Below, piece by piece: positions 11,661-24,822 of a stretch of DNA of 64,000 nucleotides. Every line of letters starts with the position of its first letter. Positions within the stretch are counted from its first letter, which is position 1. The notes under the pieces were generated by a model, which was given only the letters and a program-made list of their open reading frames with translations, was not told the origin of the DNA and ran no database searches. A program made the translations under genes and the position numbers. Origin of the DNA: Octopus sinensis. Lineage: Eukaryota. Where the stretch lies: NCBI RefSeq assembly GCF_006345805.1, contig NC_043008.1, forward strand, positions 19,282,001 through 19,346,000. Direction: 5' to 3'.

Positions 11661-11974
11661 CGGTATTAGTATATCACGTCGTTCAACCACACAACGTTCT
11701 CTCATGACATAAATGAAGAGGTTGGGTTATATTACACTATATTTTCGAAGTATCATAATTTGAGATATTTAAAATATAAATCTCAGAAAATTTTCGAAAG
11801 AAAATAAATACTAAAAACTGGGTTTATTTTTTGGGCTGTATCATAATCTCACAATGCTTAAAAACATACATTTTCAAAGGAATTACAAGTTTTGGAGTAA
11901 TAAAGAATTTCCGACTCTATTCGTTAGGAACGCCATGTATATGTAAGCTCGCGCACACACATATACAGACATAA

Positions 11975-12569
11975 GTATGTGTGTGTATATATATATGTAT
12001 ATATATGTATATATGTCTTTGTCCCCCCCCTCTCTCTCTTTCTCTCTCTATATATATTTTTTAATGCCATTGTTAATTATATATATATATATCTTTGGCG
12101 AATGCCCTATCTTTATGCATGTCTGTATGTATGTCTGTATATATGTATCTATGTATCTATGTATGTATGTATGTATGTATGTATGTATGTATGTGTGTAT
12201 GTATGTGTGTATGTATGTATGTGTGTATGTATGTGTGTATGTATGCATGTGTGTGTGTATGTATGTATGTGTGTATGTATGTATGTTTGTGTATGTATGT
12301 AAGATGTATGTATGTATGTATATATGTGTGTATGTATGTGTGTATGTATGTATGTATGTATGTATGTATGTCTGTATGTATGTATGTATATATGTATGTG
12401 TGTATGTATCTATTTATCTATCTATATGTAGTATATACACATTTTGATTTTTCTCTCTTTCTATATATGTATTTATGTGTGTGTATATATACATACATAT
12501 ATATATCTTTGGCGAATGCTATATCTTTATATATGTCTGTCTGTATGTATGTATCTATCTATTTATCTG

Positions 12570-12633
<64 letters not shown>

Positions 12634-12811
12634 CCTATCTATCTATCTTTTTATCGGATTTATCTGTCTATCTATCTATATGTAGTATATACACATTTAG
12701 TACATACACATTAGTATATACACATTTTGATTTTTCTCTCTTTCTATATATGCATTTATGTGTGTGTGTGATGTGTGTATACATATATATATTTGTGTGT
12801 GTATGTGTGTG

Positions 12812-12854
<43 letters not shown>

Positions 12855-12925
12855 ACATACATATATATATGTGTGTATATATATGTATTTATATGTATGT
12901 GTGTGAATATGTGTGTACGTGCGTG
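11975..12925. repeat. Compound (TATG)n/(TATC)n/(TA)n/(TG)n microsatellite with internal duplicated anchors
   Basis: Directly visible; anchors atatctttggcgaatgc and cacattttgatttttctctctttc each occur twice. Confidence 0.95.
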
Positions 12926-12939
12926 CGTGCGTGAGACTC

Positions 12940-13250
12940 TTTCGATGTATAATGGCGAAAAACGTGACGACTAAAAAAAAGTGAAAGTTTGCTTTTATTA
13001 TAAAAAAAAGACCCAAAGTTCTAAGAAAATAAATTTCAGATCTAAATTTTTACCCCCCAAAAATAAAAGTAAAAGTGGTTATTGTGTAATAATAATAATA
13101 AAAGTAATTCTCGTATCAACGAGACACCATCGCAACGAGACTTGGACCGATTCGTGTTACGTTATTAACGCCACAGAACGTGTTTCGTTATTCCAGTCTC
13201 AAACTTTTATCTCAACCTCTTATTCATTCGACTTTCACTTTATCTAGAAG
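12940..13250 (+). promoter_or_regulatory. Candidate promoter / 5' region of the ANKRD10-like gene
   Basis: Non-repetitive CpG-retaining segment about 0.7-1 kb upstream of the ATG with a YY1-like ATAATGGCG; position-based inference. Confidence 0.3.
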
Positions 13251-13971
13251 AGCCTCCTTATATATATATATATTTATTTTATTATCTCTCTAGAGGATTT
13301 CTGAATATTTTTTCCTTGCTTTTTTTTTTTACACTTACCCCTTTCCCTATATTTTTTTTGTGTTAAAATTAATTAATTAATTAATTAATAATTATTAATT
13401 AATAATAATAATTATACTAATACTATCCAGTAACAATTAACAACAACAACCTATATTCATTTATTTATCTATCTATCTATTTATTTATATATCCATCTAT
13501 CTATGAATATATAATATATATAATCAATATATATGCATATATTTACATATATGTGAAATATAAATATACCAGTGACACGTGCTTGCCTTGGCTAATTGAA
13601 AGAGACAAAGAAATACATCAACAAACTTGGCAGAACATTGGATTTGTACTGATTTTTATATGACAACATTAATACAAATGCTATTAGAATAACAAAGGAT
13701 ATAAAGGTGCCAGAGGATCACAGATACATTTACATTCTTAGTTGGTTTAGATTTAGACATTGAAGTTTTGCTGTGAAGCCTTTGTCTTGCCTTTTTGAGG
13801 GCCGAGGGTGATTTGAGTTAGTGGAGTTTGTTAATCCAAAGGGAGCTCCTTTATTTAATTTTAAAATTTGCTGAAGTTGAAATTTTGAAACATAAAAGAT
13901 CGTCGACAACAACTGGGATTTTTTTTAAAAGACAGCAAAGCAAAGATAAAACCCCACAGAGGAAAAAGGCA

Positions 13972-14208
13972 ATGGAACAGGTGAACAATAGCGACTGGAC
14001 ATCGGAGAAGGAAGATATCCTAAGGAATGACTACCCATTACACTATGCTTGCAGAGAAGGTGATGTAGATCGTTTGAGGCGACTCTTAGATGAGTATACG
14101 GCAACAATGACTGCTCCGATAAATCTTGCTCTTTCTAATTCCATCATGCTGAAAGAGGATTGTTTTTATGGCTGGACACCAGCTCACTGGGCCGCATATT
14201 TCGGCAAG
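13972..14208 (+). CDS. ANKRD10: ANKRD10-like ankyrin-repeat protein, coding exon 1 (MEQVNNS...EDCFYGWTPAHWAAYFGK)
   Basis: ATG at 13972 in ORF 13828-14295; YPLHYACREGD and EDCFYGWTPAHWAAYFGK match the ANKRD10 N-terminal ankyrin repeats as I recall them; donor AAG|GTATAT at 14208/14209; 237 nt, phase 0. The true start could lie upstream. Confidence 0.9.
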
Positions 14209-16505
14209 GTATATGTTTGTTTCTCTCTCTCTGTCTTTCTTTCTTTCTCCAATGTATGGTCACTTTTTTCTCTTATTATTCTTGTTGCTATTTAACCCCC
14301 AGGTCAACTCAGTTTCAGAAAGAAAACTGTTATCAAAGGCATTGCAAGCAGCTAACAGCATCTATTTCATCTATTTCTTTGCATGTCGAATGTAGTCTTA
14401 GATAAACTGTGGTATGTCAATTTTCAGGCATACCTAGCCACTATAACTAGTAGTTTTTAGCGCCTAAACATAGATTACCTTGGCGCTTAATACAACTAAT
14501 ACATAAAACTAATACATTTCATTGTAAGGGCCTCAAATAAATTCATTTTAGGGGAATCCAGTTAACTTCTTGTGACAAAATAGTGAAATGTTATGCAACC
14601 AAAACCAAACCAAACCTTTCAACCATTCCCAAACAGGGCGCAGTAAACACACAACAAATAATTAATTGTTCTTTAAATATTTGTTACGCCCTATATTAAC
14701 CGTATTCCTTAATTTATGAATATCGATACTTTTTTATTGTTGGGGGTTTTATATATAGTAATTTATAAGAATTGCTACAATTATTAATGATGTCAGTTTA
14801 AAAGGAAAGTGCGCTGTTTATTTTCTGTAGCATCTTTCATTTTCGTTTGTAAATGTTATTGGCGAATTTCAATTTCACTCTAGGAAGATATATGTATGAA
14901 TTTGCTGTGCGTTTTTTGTTTAACCGTTTCTGTGCATTTATATAAAAGTACTAAATTACCTCCACGTTAAACTATAAGTCTTCATATAAAATTGATGATG
15001 ATACACAAGCAAAAAGGAAATATATTTATTGATGCAGCGAATTTGGCAAAATGGTTAAGCACGCAAGTCATAATACTTTAGTGGTATTCTGGTTTTTGCG
15101 TTTGTGAGTTCGAATTCCACCGTAGGCAACTTTGCCTTTCACCCTTTCGGGGGGTGGATTAAAAAAAAAAAATAAGGGTAAATTTTTAGATTAGCAGCAT
15201 ATTGGAATTTGCAGCATCGGAGGTCAGAGTACTTGACCCTACGTATCATATTAGAAGGTCAGGGTACATGATTCCGTGTATTTTTTGGGTGGGGGGGGGG
15301 GTGGTGAAAATCGTGCGGATGTTAATCTGGAAATTTACCAAAAATAACAGGTACTGACTGGGTCCAATGTTATCTACTTCCTCTTCCTTCAAAAATTGCT
15401 GACTCTGCCAAAATTTTAAACCATCTTTATTGTTATTTAAGGTAGCGAGCTGGCAGAATCGTTAGCACGCCAGGGAAAAAATGCTTAGCAGTATTTCGCC
15501 CGTCGCTTCGTTCTGAGTTCAAATTCCGCCGAGGTCGACTTTGCCTTTCTTTCATCCTTTGGGTGTTCTGTAAATTAAGTACCAGTGAAAAACTGGGGAT
15601 GGGGTCAATATAATCGACTAATCCTCTACCCTAAAATTTCAGGCCTTATTATGCTTTTGGTAGAAAGGATTATTATTAAAAGGATGAGCTGTCAGAATCG
15701 TTCACGTTTAGCGGCATTTGTTCCATCTCCTTGCGTTCTGAGTTCGATATGCAGCGGAAATCGACTTCCCCTTTCATCCTTTTGTTGTCAAGAAAAGAAG
15801 TACCAGTCCATGTAATTGGCTAGCGCCCCCCGCCCCGGTTATATTAAACTAGATTTTTACAGCCAAGTATCACCAAACCTTACTGTTTTCTAATCAAGGG
15901 ATATATATATATATACATACACACACAAAATGGGACAAGAATGCAAAACATCCAGACAGGTGATTCACAGACGTGTGTGTGTCTATTTCTCTCAAATGTG
16001 TATATACACATACACACACATATGTATGTATACACATATGTGAGTATATATGTACACACACATGTGTACAGATTTTTATGTATTAAGAAAAAAGATCTAG
16101 TAAGGATTTGGGTATTTATTTAGTGGTTTCATCCCTCCTAGAGGTTCATCATGAATGATTTTTTTTTTATAGAGAATTTATACCCTTCATATGTATGTGA
16201 GTTGGAAAAAACATCTGGAGTTGAATTTGTTTTTTTTTGTTTTGGAAAGAGGATGTTTTGTGGGGTGGCTATCTGAGATTTTATTTTGTCATTTCGAATG
16301 TGTGTGTGTGTTTATATGTGTTGTGAGTTTGTAAACAAAGAAAAAGAAATGAAGTGTTTTTCTGAAATGGTTTAAATTGATTACAACTGGCTCACATTAT
16401 ATATATATATAAAATTAAATAATAAGGGTAGAAATTGATAATAATCAATTAAAACCAGTGGCTTAGCATATTTAAAAAATCCAAAGATTAAAAATTGTGT
16501 TACAT

Positions 16506-16658
16506 ACAAAATTTAGAGGAATGGCCACTAAAGTGGACACCCTATAATGCTAAACATAGACGTCAAATCATCATTAATGATTTATGATTAATGACGGTTT
16601 GACGTCTATGTTTAGCATATAGGGTGTCCACTTTAGTGGTCATTCCTCTAAATTTTGT
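16506..16658. repeat. Long hairpin, ~62-bp arms plus inner 8-bp stem
   Basis: 16506-16567 pairs with 16598-16658 (1 mismatch, 1 indel); tcattaat/attaatga inner stem. Confidence 0.95.
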
Positions 16659-18853
16659 GTGTGTGTATATATATATATATTATATAAAGGTATGAATTTT
16701 GTACAAGAAATCCTAAAAGGTACAAAAGTGCTAAATAGTTTTTATCCAAAGGAAGTTATAAAACAAAGTCTTGAAGGCTGATCTCAAGACACTGAGCCTT
16801 TCGAAGGAGATGACAAAGGACCAAGGACCAAGATATCTGGTGCCTAGCTGTACTCATGAGGACTTGTCCACCACAACAAAATTGATACTGGTGCCACATA
16901 AAAAGCACCCAGTAAATTCTATAAAGTGGCTGGCGTTTGGGAGGCCATTCAACTGTATAAACCAGGTCAAATCGTACTGGAACGTGGTGCAGCTTGTGGT
17001 CAAACCGTCCAGCTCATGGGAAACAGACGTTAAAAGATGATGGTGATAACGTCCCTTAACTCACAATCATATGTCAACTACTCAATGTTTAAGACGTCCA
17101 TGTTACAAGCACCCAGTACTCACTGTGAAGTGGTTGGCGTTAGGAAGGGTATCCAGTCATAGAAACAAAGCTAAATCAGACAGGAACCTGCTGCAGCTCT
17201 TTAGCTTGCCAGCCCTGGTCAAACTATGCAACCCATGCCAGCATGGAAAACAGATATTAAAGGGATGAAGGCGGGTAGGATTAAGCAGCAGCACATGGAG
17301 TTGGGAAGAGAGTACACCCCAGAGCAAATGGCATATTCAGTTGTGCCCTGTGGACATAACTGCAATGGCCATCGTCCCTTGCTGTAGCAGTAGCAAGGAT
17401 AATTGTTTAGCTTTATCATTAGTTTGTACATGAGTTTCATCACATGATGAACTAATACCAAATGTATCCCCAAATTTTTAAGACAACCAACAGAACTGTC
17501 GACAACAGCATACACAAACTTTTGGGTCACATTTATGAAGATTCAGAAATTTAACCCTTTTTATACCAATCAGTCTGAGATTGTCCACAGTTACATGACA
17601 GAATCTTCTAGTTTTATACCCTTTAGCATCTGTGTGGTCTTTACCTTCAAGCATGGTTGTTGCCTTTGAGTGTGGTCATTGCCAGTGCCCCTGGACTGGC
17701 TTCCATGCAGGTAGCACATGGAGTGGTTGGCTTTAGGAAGGGCTGTAGAAACTTTGCCAGATCAGATTGAGCCTGGTGCAGCCTTTGGTTCACCAGTCCT
17801 CAGTCAAACCGTCCAACCCATGCCAGCATGGAAAGCAGATGTTGAACGAGGATGATGATGATGTTATTCAATCAAATATAACGCTTATCTATTCACAATG
17901 TTTTTTACTCATACATTATCTTGTAGCTTTGAGATTTCAGTCATTTATCATTTACTTGTTTTAGCCATTTGACTGTGGTTATGCTGGGGCACTGTTTTCA
18001 AGGGTTTTAGTTGAACAATTTGATTCCTGGTACTTGTTATATCTCTCTTTTGCTGAACTGCTGATTAACAAGGATGTAAACAAACAAACACTGGTTCTCA
18101 GGCAGTGGTGGTGGGACTCACACACATATATAGATATATACATCATCATCATCAATTAATGTCCACCTTTCTTGCTGGCCTGGCTTGGACATTTTGACTT
18201 AAATCTGGGAAGCAGTGGGGCTGCACCAAGTTCCAGTCTGATTTGGTAGGGTTTCTACGGCTGGTTAACCTTCCTAATGCCAACCACTCTGAGAGTATAG
18301 TGGGTGTTTTTACATGCCATTGACCTGACACCGGCATCGGCCACAACTGCAGTCTCCCTTGGCTTTACAGGTCTGTATAAGCACAGTATGTTGCCAAAGG
18401 TCTTGGGCACTTGTAATTGCCTCCATGAGGCCCAATGCTCAAATGGTGCTTTTTATGTGCCATCGGCATGGGTGCTAGTCAGATGGCACGGGCATCAGCC
18501 ATGACTATGATTTCACTCAGTTCGACAAGTCTTCACAAGCACAACATATTGCCCAAATTTTTGTCACACACACACATATATATGTATATATATATGATGA
18601 TGATGATGACATATATATATATATGACAGGCTTCTTTCAGTTTCCGTCTACCTGATCTACTTACAAGGCTATGGTCGGCTTGATACTATAGTAGAAGACA
18701 CCTGCCCAAAGTGCCATGCAGTGGGACTGAACCTGGAACCATGTGTTTGGGAAGCAAGCTTCTTACTACGCCTGCACCTATATTTCAATGTTTATTTTTA
18801 GAATGGCATTGTAGGGTAGGTGCAAGAGACCAGATCTGGTTAGTTTGAACTTA

Positions 18854-19272
18854 AAACAGATACTCTACGGAGAGCTTGCTAGGGGCACTAGGTCTGTGGA
18901 AAGACCGTTCTTACGATACAAGGATGTTTGCGAAAGGGACATGAAGGCCTGTGGCATCAATATTAGCAAGTGGGAAGCAGTTTTCAGCAACCGTAGAGAT
19001 TGGTGACATACCGTAAAAGAGGGAACACGAAGGAGTGACAGAGGGAGAGAGGAGAAGCAGAAAGAAAAGAAAAGACGTCAACAAGAAACTATGACATTAC
19101 AACCAACCAGGCAAAGTCTTCGCTACATTTGCGGCACTTGCCAGAGGGAGTGTTTGTCCTGGATAGGACTACACAGCCACAGCAGGAGATGTATTAGGAC
19201 ATGAAATGTAAAAGCCAGACTAGATTATTCTATGCGCAACTCCATTGTCTCTCAAGACAAAAAGGATGCCAA
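18854..19272 (+). mobile_element. RTE-clade LINE 3' fragment with C-terminal zinc knuckle
   Basis: Frame reads KQILYGELARGTRSVERPFLRYKDVCERDMK...W*...CGTCQRECLSWIGLHSHSRRC, stop 19202-19204; one internal TGA; not in the ORF track. Confidence 0.85.
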
Positions 19273-19437
19273 CAAAGCAGATAGAATATTTGGGCCACAT
19301 ATGGCTGGTTTATTGTTAAATGGTTAAAGTGAACTAAAAACTGTTAATTGAAGTTCCAAATACCATTATTTATAATGACAAAGATATTGCACTAAATTTT
19401 CATTATTTTCAAAATCAGTTGAAACAAAGGCATTGTA

Positions 19438-19828
19438 TAGGCGCAGGAGTGGCTGTGTGGTAAGTAGCTTACTAACCAACCACATGGTTCCGGGTTCAGT
19501 CCCACTGCGTGGCACCTTGGGCAAGTGTCTTCTGCTATAGCCCCGGGCCGACCAATGCCTTGTGAGTGGATTTGGTAGACGGAAACTGAAAGAAGCCTGT
19601 CGTATATATGTATATATATATATATATGTTTGTGTGTCTGTGTTTGTTTGACAACCGATGCTGGTGTGTTTACGTCCCTGTCACTTAGCGGTTCGGCAAA
19701 AAGAGACCGATAGAATAAGTACAGGGCTTACAAAAAGAATAAGTCCCGGGGTCGAGTTGCTTGACTAAAGGCGGTGCTCCAGCATGGCCGCAGTCAAATG
19801 ACTGAAACAAGTAAAAAGTAAAAGAGTA
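19438..19828 (+). mobile_element. SINE family B, full copy (tRNA head, CORE-like ccttgggcaagt, internal TA/TG microsatellite, gtaaaagagta tail)
   Basis: A box TGGCTGTGTGG, B box GGTTCAGTCCC. Other copies at ~31381-32017(-), 35571-35960(+), 39743-40152(-), 41960-42310(-), 52500-52872(+), 53312-53725(-), 54530-54875(+), 54930-55310(-), 61535-61875(+), 62670-63035(-). Confidence 0.85.
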
Positions 19829-20085
19829 TGTCAACAGAAATGAAACAAAAGGATTAAAAATCTACAGGTTCAATTCCAGACTATACATGGCTATCAACTA
19901 TTTTGTTGGCTGTGTGGTAAGTAGCTTGCTTACCAACCAAATGGTTCTGGGTTCAGTCCCACTGCGTGGCACCTTGGGTAAGTATCTTCTGTTATATCCT
20001 CGGGCCCACCAAAGCCTTGTGAGTGGATTTGGTAGACGGAAACTGAAAGCAGCCCGTCGTATATATGTATACATATATTTATATG

Positions 20086-20117
<32 letters not shown>

Positions 20118-21584
20118 ATATATGTATTGGACTTAATCCCCTTTGTTTTTCCCCTCTATGTTTAGCCCCTTGTGGGTAGTAAAGAAATATATATATATAT
20201 ATATATATAAAATGTAAATGCGCCCCTTTTAAAGTCTAGTCAGGCTCATGGGCCCAGTTTCCCGGTTTCAATGGCGTATATGTTCCCCAGCTGGACGGGA
20301 CGCCAGTCCATTGCAGCGTTACTCATTTTTGCCAGATGAGTGGACTGGAGCAACGTGAAATGAAGTGTTTTGCTCAAGAATGCAACGCGTTGCCCGGTTC
20401 AGGAATTGAAACCACAATCTTACGATCATGGTGCTGACACCCTAACCACTAAGCCACGCACCTCCACACATACACACATATATAATATATGTTTGTGTCT
20501 TTGTCCCCCCCCCCCACAACATCGCTTGACAACCGATGTTGGTGTGTTTACGTCCCCATAACTTAGTGGTTCGGCAAAAGAGGCCGATAGAATAAGTACT
20601 AGGCTCACAAAGAATAAGTCCTGGCGGGGGGGGGGGGCGATTTGTTCGACTAAATGCGGTGCTCCAGCATGGCCATAGTCAAATGACTGAAACAAGTAAA
20701 AGTGAAAAAAAAAATAAAAGTAAATTACTTAAACGCTTTAGAATCTCATGGCTTCTGTCACACTGAACTGTTAAAATAGGGGCCACTATCATTATACTAC
20801 GGAATCTTGTTCAACCTTTGCTATGAAATGGCAGTCAATGGGTGGTTATAAGTTAATGTCATACATTATTGAGGTTCCTCTTCTCATTGGTTGTTCCTTC
20901 TGAGAAGAGACCTTGACATCTCTTCATCACCATCTCTTTTCCCAACTGCGGTTCTTATGTATTTTCTGTACAGCAAGACAACAATTTCTGTCCCTCTATC
21001 ATGCTTTAACCCATTCTTTTTTCCGAGCCACTGGCCCCTTGGCATCCAGGCCACACTCCTAGTGCTCTCCCACGCCACCACTCCACCCAATGCATGCCAC
21101 TTCCTGAAGTAGATTCCAAACAACTGTTTCTCACAGCTAAAACTTAACCTAATCAACCCATTATTTTGTTGTCTTTACATCCATCACCCCAATTTGGCAT
21201 CCCCCCCCCCATGATCACCTACACTTCATTTGCCCTCCCCAAAGCGGAGAAGTACTGCCCACTTTGGAAACCATTGCTTTGACCCCATCTCATCACCTGG
21301 CACAAAGCCATCTCCCTCATTACTGCACTCACTTCTCATGAAAGTTACATGATGACCTCATTGGTGCCAGTGCCCATTTAAAAAGCATCTGGTACACTCT
21401 GTAAAGTGACTGGCATTAGAAAGGGTATACAGTCATAGAAACCATACCAAAGCAGACTTGGCACAGTCCTCTGGTTCACCAGCTCCTGTTGAACTGTCCA
21501 ACCCATGCCAGCATAGAAAATGGACACTAAATGATGATGAATACCAGCGATATGTCTGTCTCAGAAAAGCCCTTTATATACATA

Positions 21585-21978
21585 CTAGCAGTATCGCGTT
21601 GCTCGGGTTTGTTTCGACCCTTTAGAATTGGAATTTTTGAAAAGTAAAAATTTTACATTATGTAGTTTGTTATTCTCTCTAAGTGAACATTTTTCTGGTT
21701 GAAATACCCCGAAAAATGTCGAGACAGCAGTAAAAAAAATTGTAAAAAATAGTGATTTTCATAGAAAAAAAAAAAGCACCTTTTTGATGTAAATAATTTT
21801 TGGTGTTAACAAGGTCTGATTTGAATTTTTTCTTCTACGGAAGGAAGAGCAAGCCTTCTTCTATCATACTCTCAATTTTGGTCAACTTGCGCCACAGGGT
21901 CTCGGAGGAGATAGTTTTAGTTGAAGGCTACCAAACCTGCCATACACAGATAACTTCAGCTTTATATATAGAGAGCGA
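21585..21978 (-). mobile_element. Non-autonomous Helitron
   Basis: - strand starts A|TC..ctatatataaa and ends cccgagcaacgcgatactgCTAG|T. Confidence 0.8.
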
Positions 21979-23298
21979 TTTGCAGTCTCCAAGAAAACTC
22001 GATTTTGCTGTGTCTCAGAAATATATCAAACTCTATCTGTTGCCGGGCTGCATCTAGAATAACTTTGCTTCTCTTATGGTCATCTTTAATGGTAAGTGTA
22101 CAAGAGTTGGAAGTCCATGTAAATCAACTTTTAGTTGTAAGGAAGTTCTAGATTTCACTGAATAATAAATGATAGGGAAGAAGTGACATGGTGCCCCCAA
22201 AATGTAAAGCCTCTAAATACTACCTGTATTTGTTACATAGTGAAGCAAAACTGTCATTAGTTCTGCCCTAGTAACAACAAATAGCCAGTGAGTAAGCCTC
22301 TACGTAGCATCACAACTTGCTAAAAATAGCAGCTAAATCTCCTTCAAAATGCAGTCTATTACCTTATGCACATGCATACACACATGTAGGCACCATCACG
22401 GCTGTGTGGTATGGTTCAGAAGTTCATTTCCAACCATGTGGTTTTAGGTTCAGTCTCACTGCATGGCACCTTGGATAAGTGTCTTCATGGTAGATGGAAA
22501 CTGAAAGAAGCCCTCTGTTTGTGTGTATCCTCCTGGGGTAGCCAAGTAGCTCCTCTATAATAAGACAGCTATCACTGGTCCTCTATCATGCTCCAACATC
22601 TTGCCTGGCACACTGGCCACTTTTCTCAGTTCTGCTTTCTCTCTCTCTCTCTCTCATAGCTGAGACATCCTTGTCTTGCAAGCCACTTGGCGATCCTATA
22701 GGTACTGACATGTAATAAGCATCTGTATTGGCGCCACTTAATAAGCACCTCTGCTGGTGTCCTGTAATAAGCACCTATGCTGGCAACATATAAGCAGCAG
22801 CTAGTGCATTCTGTAAAGTGCTTAGTGTTAGGAAGGTCATCAAACTGTAGAAACTGTACCAAAACTGGGGATGACCTGGTGCAGTCCTCTGTCAAACTGT
22901 CCGAACCATGCCAGCATAGAAAATAGACATTAAAACTCCACATAGTAAAGTAGATCATATGGAAAAAGCGGCCAGAGATCTCTTATGTTGTGGGTGAGAT
23001 CTGATGGAAACATCAGCTAAATTTCCCTAAAAACTACACCCTACTGTTTAAGAATGTTTGTATATATGTGTGTATATATACTCTTTTACTTGTTTCAGTC
23101 ATTTGACTGTGGCCATGCTGGAGCACCACCTTTAGTCGAGCAAATCGACCTCAGGACATATTCTTTGTAAGCCTAGTACTTATTCTATTGATCTCTTTTG
23201 CCAAACCGCTAAGTTACAGGGACGTAAACACATCAGCATCGGTTGCTAAGCGATGTTGGGGAGACAAACACAGAAACATACACACACATATATATATG

Positions 23299-23613
23299 TA
23301 TTATTCAAAGAAATTCCAACTCTGTTTTTTATGGTTTTAATTTATATTCTTTATAATATTAATGTAGAATATAGAATATATAGTATAGTAAAATGACAAT
23401 TGAAACACTCCTGTCACAACCTGGGACCTTGACGATTGCTTTAATACAAGAAAGTATACTAGTCCTTTAATATTTTGTATTTAATATTTCATTTATTCAA
23501 TAAGACAATCAATACTTCATTTCATTTTACTATTTATACTATATATTCTATATTCTACATTAATATTATAAAGAATATAAATAAAACATAAGTTGGAATT
23601 CCTTTGAATAATA
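23299..23613. mobile_element. Foldback (~90-bp arms, 125-nt spacer) with a hammerhead-like motif in the spacer
   Basis: 23299-23396 mirrors 23522-23613; sits in the microsatellite of a - strand family B SINE. Confidence 0.8.
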
Positions 23614-23644
23614 TATATCCCTCTATACATAATCATACAAACCG

Positions 23645-23687
<43 letters not shown>

Positions 23688-24574
23688 TGGCGTTAGGAAG
23701 GGCATCCAGCCGTAGAAACACTGCCAAATCTGACTGGGCCTGATGAAGCCTTCCGGCTTCACAGACCCCAGTTAAACCGTCCAACCCATGCTAGCATGGA
23801 AAACGGACGCTAAATGATGATGATGATGATATACACATATACATATATACATATATACGACGGGCTTCTTTCAGTTTCCGGCTACCAAATCCACTTACAA
23901 GGCTGACTGATATCACCAAGATGGTGTAACCTCTTTGAGAGATAACTAAGCCTGAAGGAAAAAAAAAGCTGTCAAATCTCTTCCAAGCCACATTATACGG
24001 TCTTAAATGTCAGTCAGTGTGAGTGTGTGTATGTATGTTCCAGTATCTGTGTTTGTTTGCACCAATATCTGTGTGTGCTGAAGCGTAGAATGTTGGCATA
24101 TCATGTAACATTTCCAGAATACCTGATAACCATTCTGAATTTCGTTTTATTCGAGATAGGATCTAATTTTCTCAACTGTATTGGGACTGATTTATCTTTT
24201 TGGGTTTTTAATGTGAATGCCTGTATTATAGAGAATTTCTTTGGTTTTCTGCTAATCTTGAAGGGCTGGCTAACATCATGGATAGATTCTTACTCCTTTG
24301 GATTATAGAACCAAAATGTGCTTTCTGTTGAGGATTTATAAATTGGTTTAAAATTTTGGCACAAGGCCAGCAATTTTTGGGGAAGGGTTAGGTCAACTGG
24401 TCCTTATTGACCCTGAAAGAACAGAAGGCAAAGTGAACTTCATCAGAATTTGAACTCGGAGCATAAAGATTCACAAAAGGCTGCTAAGCATTTTGCTTAG
24501 AATGCTAATGTTTCTGCCAGCTTGCTGCCTTTGAAGGTTTATATGTGTTCTATGCAGTTTTACTTAGTTAGTGG

Positions 24575-24822
24575 AGGTGCATGGCTTAGTGGTTAGGGTG
24601 TCAGCACCATGATCGTAAGATTGTGGTTTTGATTCCTGGACCAGGCAATGCGTTGTGTTTTTGAGCAAAACACTTCATTTCACGTTGCTCCAGTCCACTC
24701 AGCTGGCAAAAATGAGTAACGCTGCGATGGACTGGCATCCCATCCAGCTGGGGAACACATATGCCATAGAAACTGGTAAACCGGGCCCATGAGCCTGGCT
24801 AGGCTTTAAAAAGGGCGCATAT
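24575..24822 (+). mobile_element. SINE family E (tRNA head, CORE-like centre, V-domain-like gatggactggc.tccc.tccag)
   Basis: ggtgcatggcttagtggttagg head; copies at ~20220-20465(-), 36245-36492(-), 61272-61520(+). Confidence 0.8.

Noticed and set aside
11977-13016. Many long ORFs rich in M/C/V/Y/I/H/T (also ~4640-4990, 25590-26580, 33066-33750, 62165-62930)
   Set aside because: Translations of (TA)n/(TG)n/(TATG)n microsatellites, which lack stops in some frames.
13828-13971. N-terminal extension of the first ORF from TTG 13828
   Set aside because: Non-ATG start and no homology; ATG 13972 precedes the conserved ankyrin region.
15221-15240. AGGTCA-N7-TGACCC nuclear-receptor-like inverted half-sites
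   Set aside because: Single occurrence with atypical spacing; expected by chance in 64 kb.
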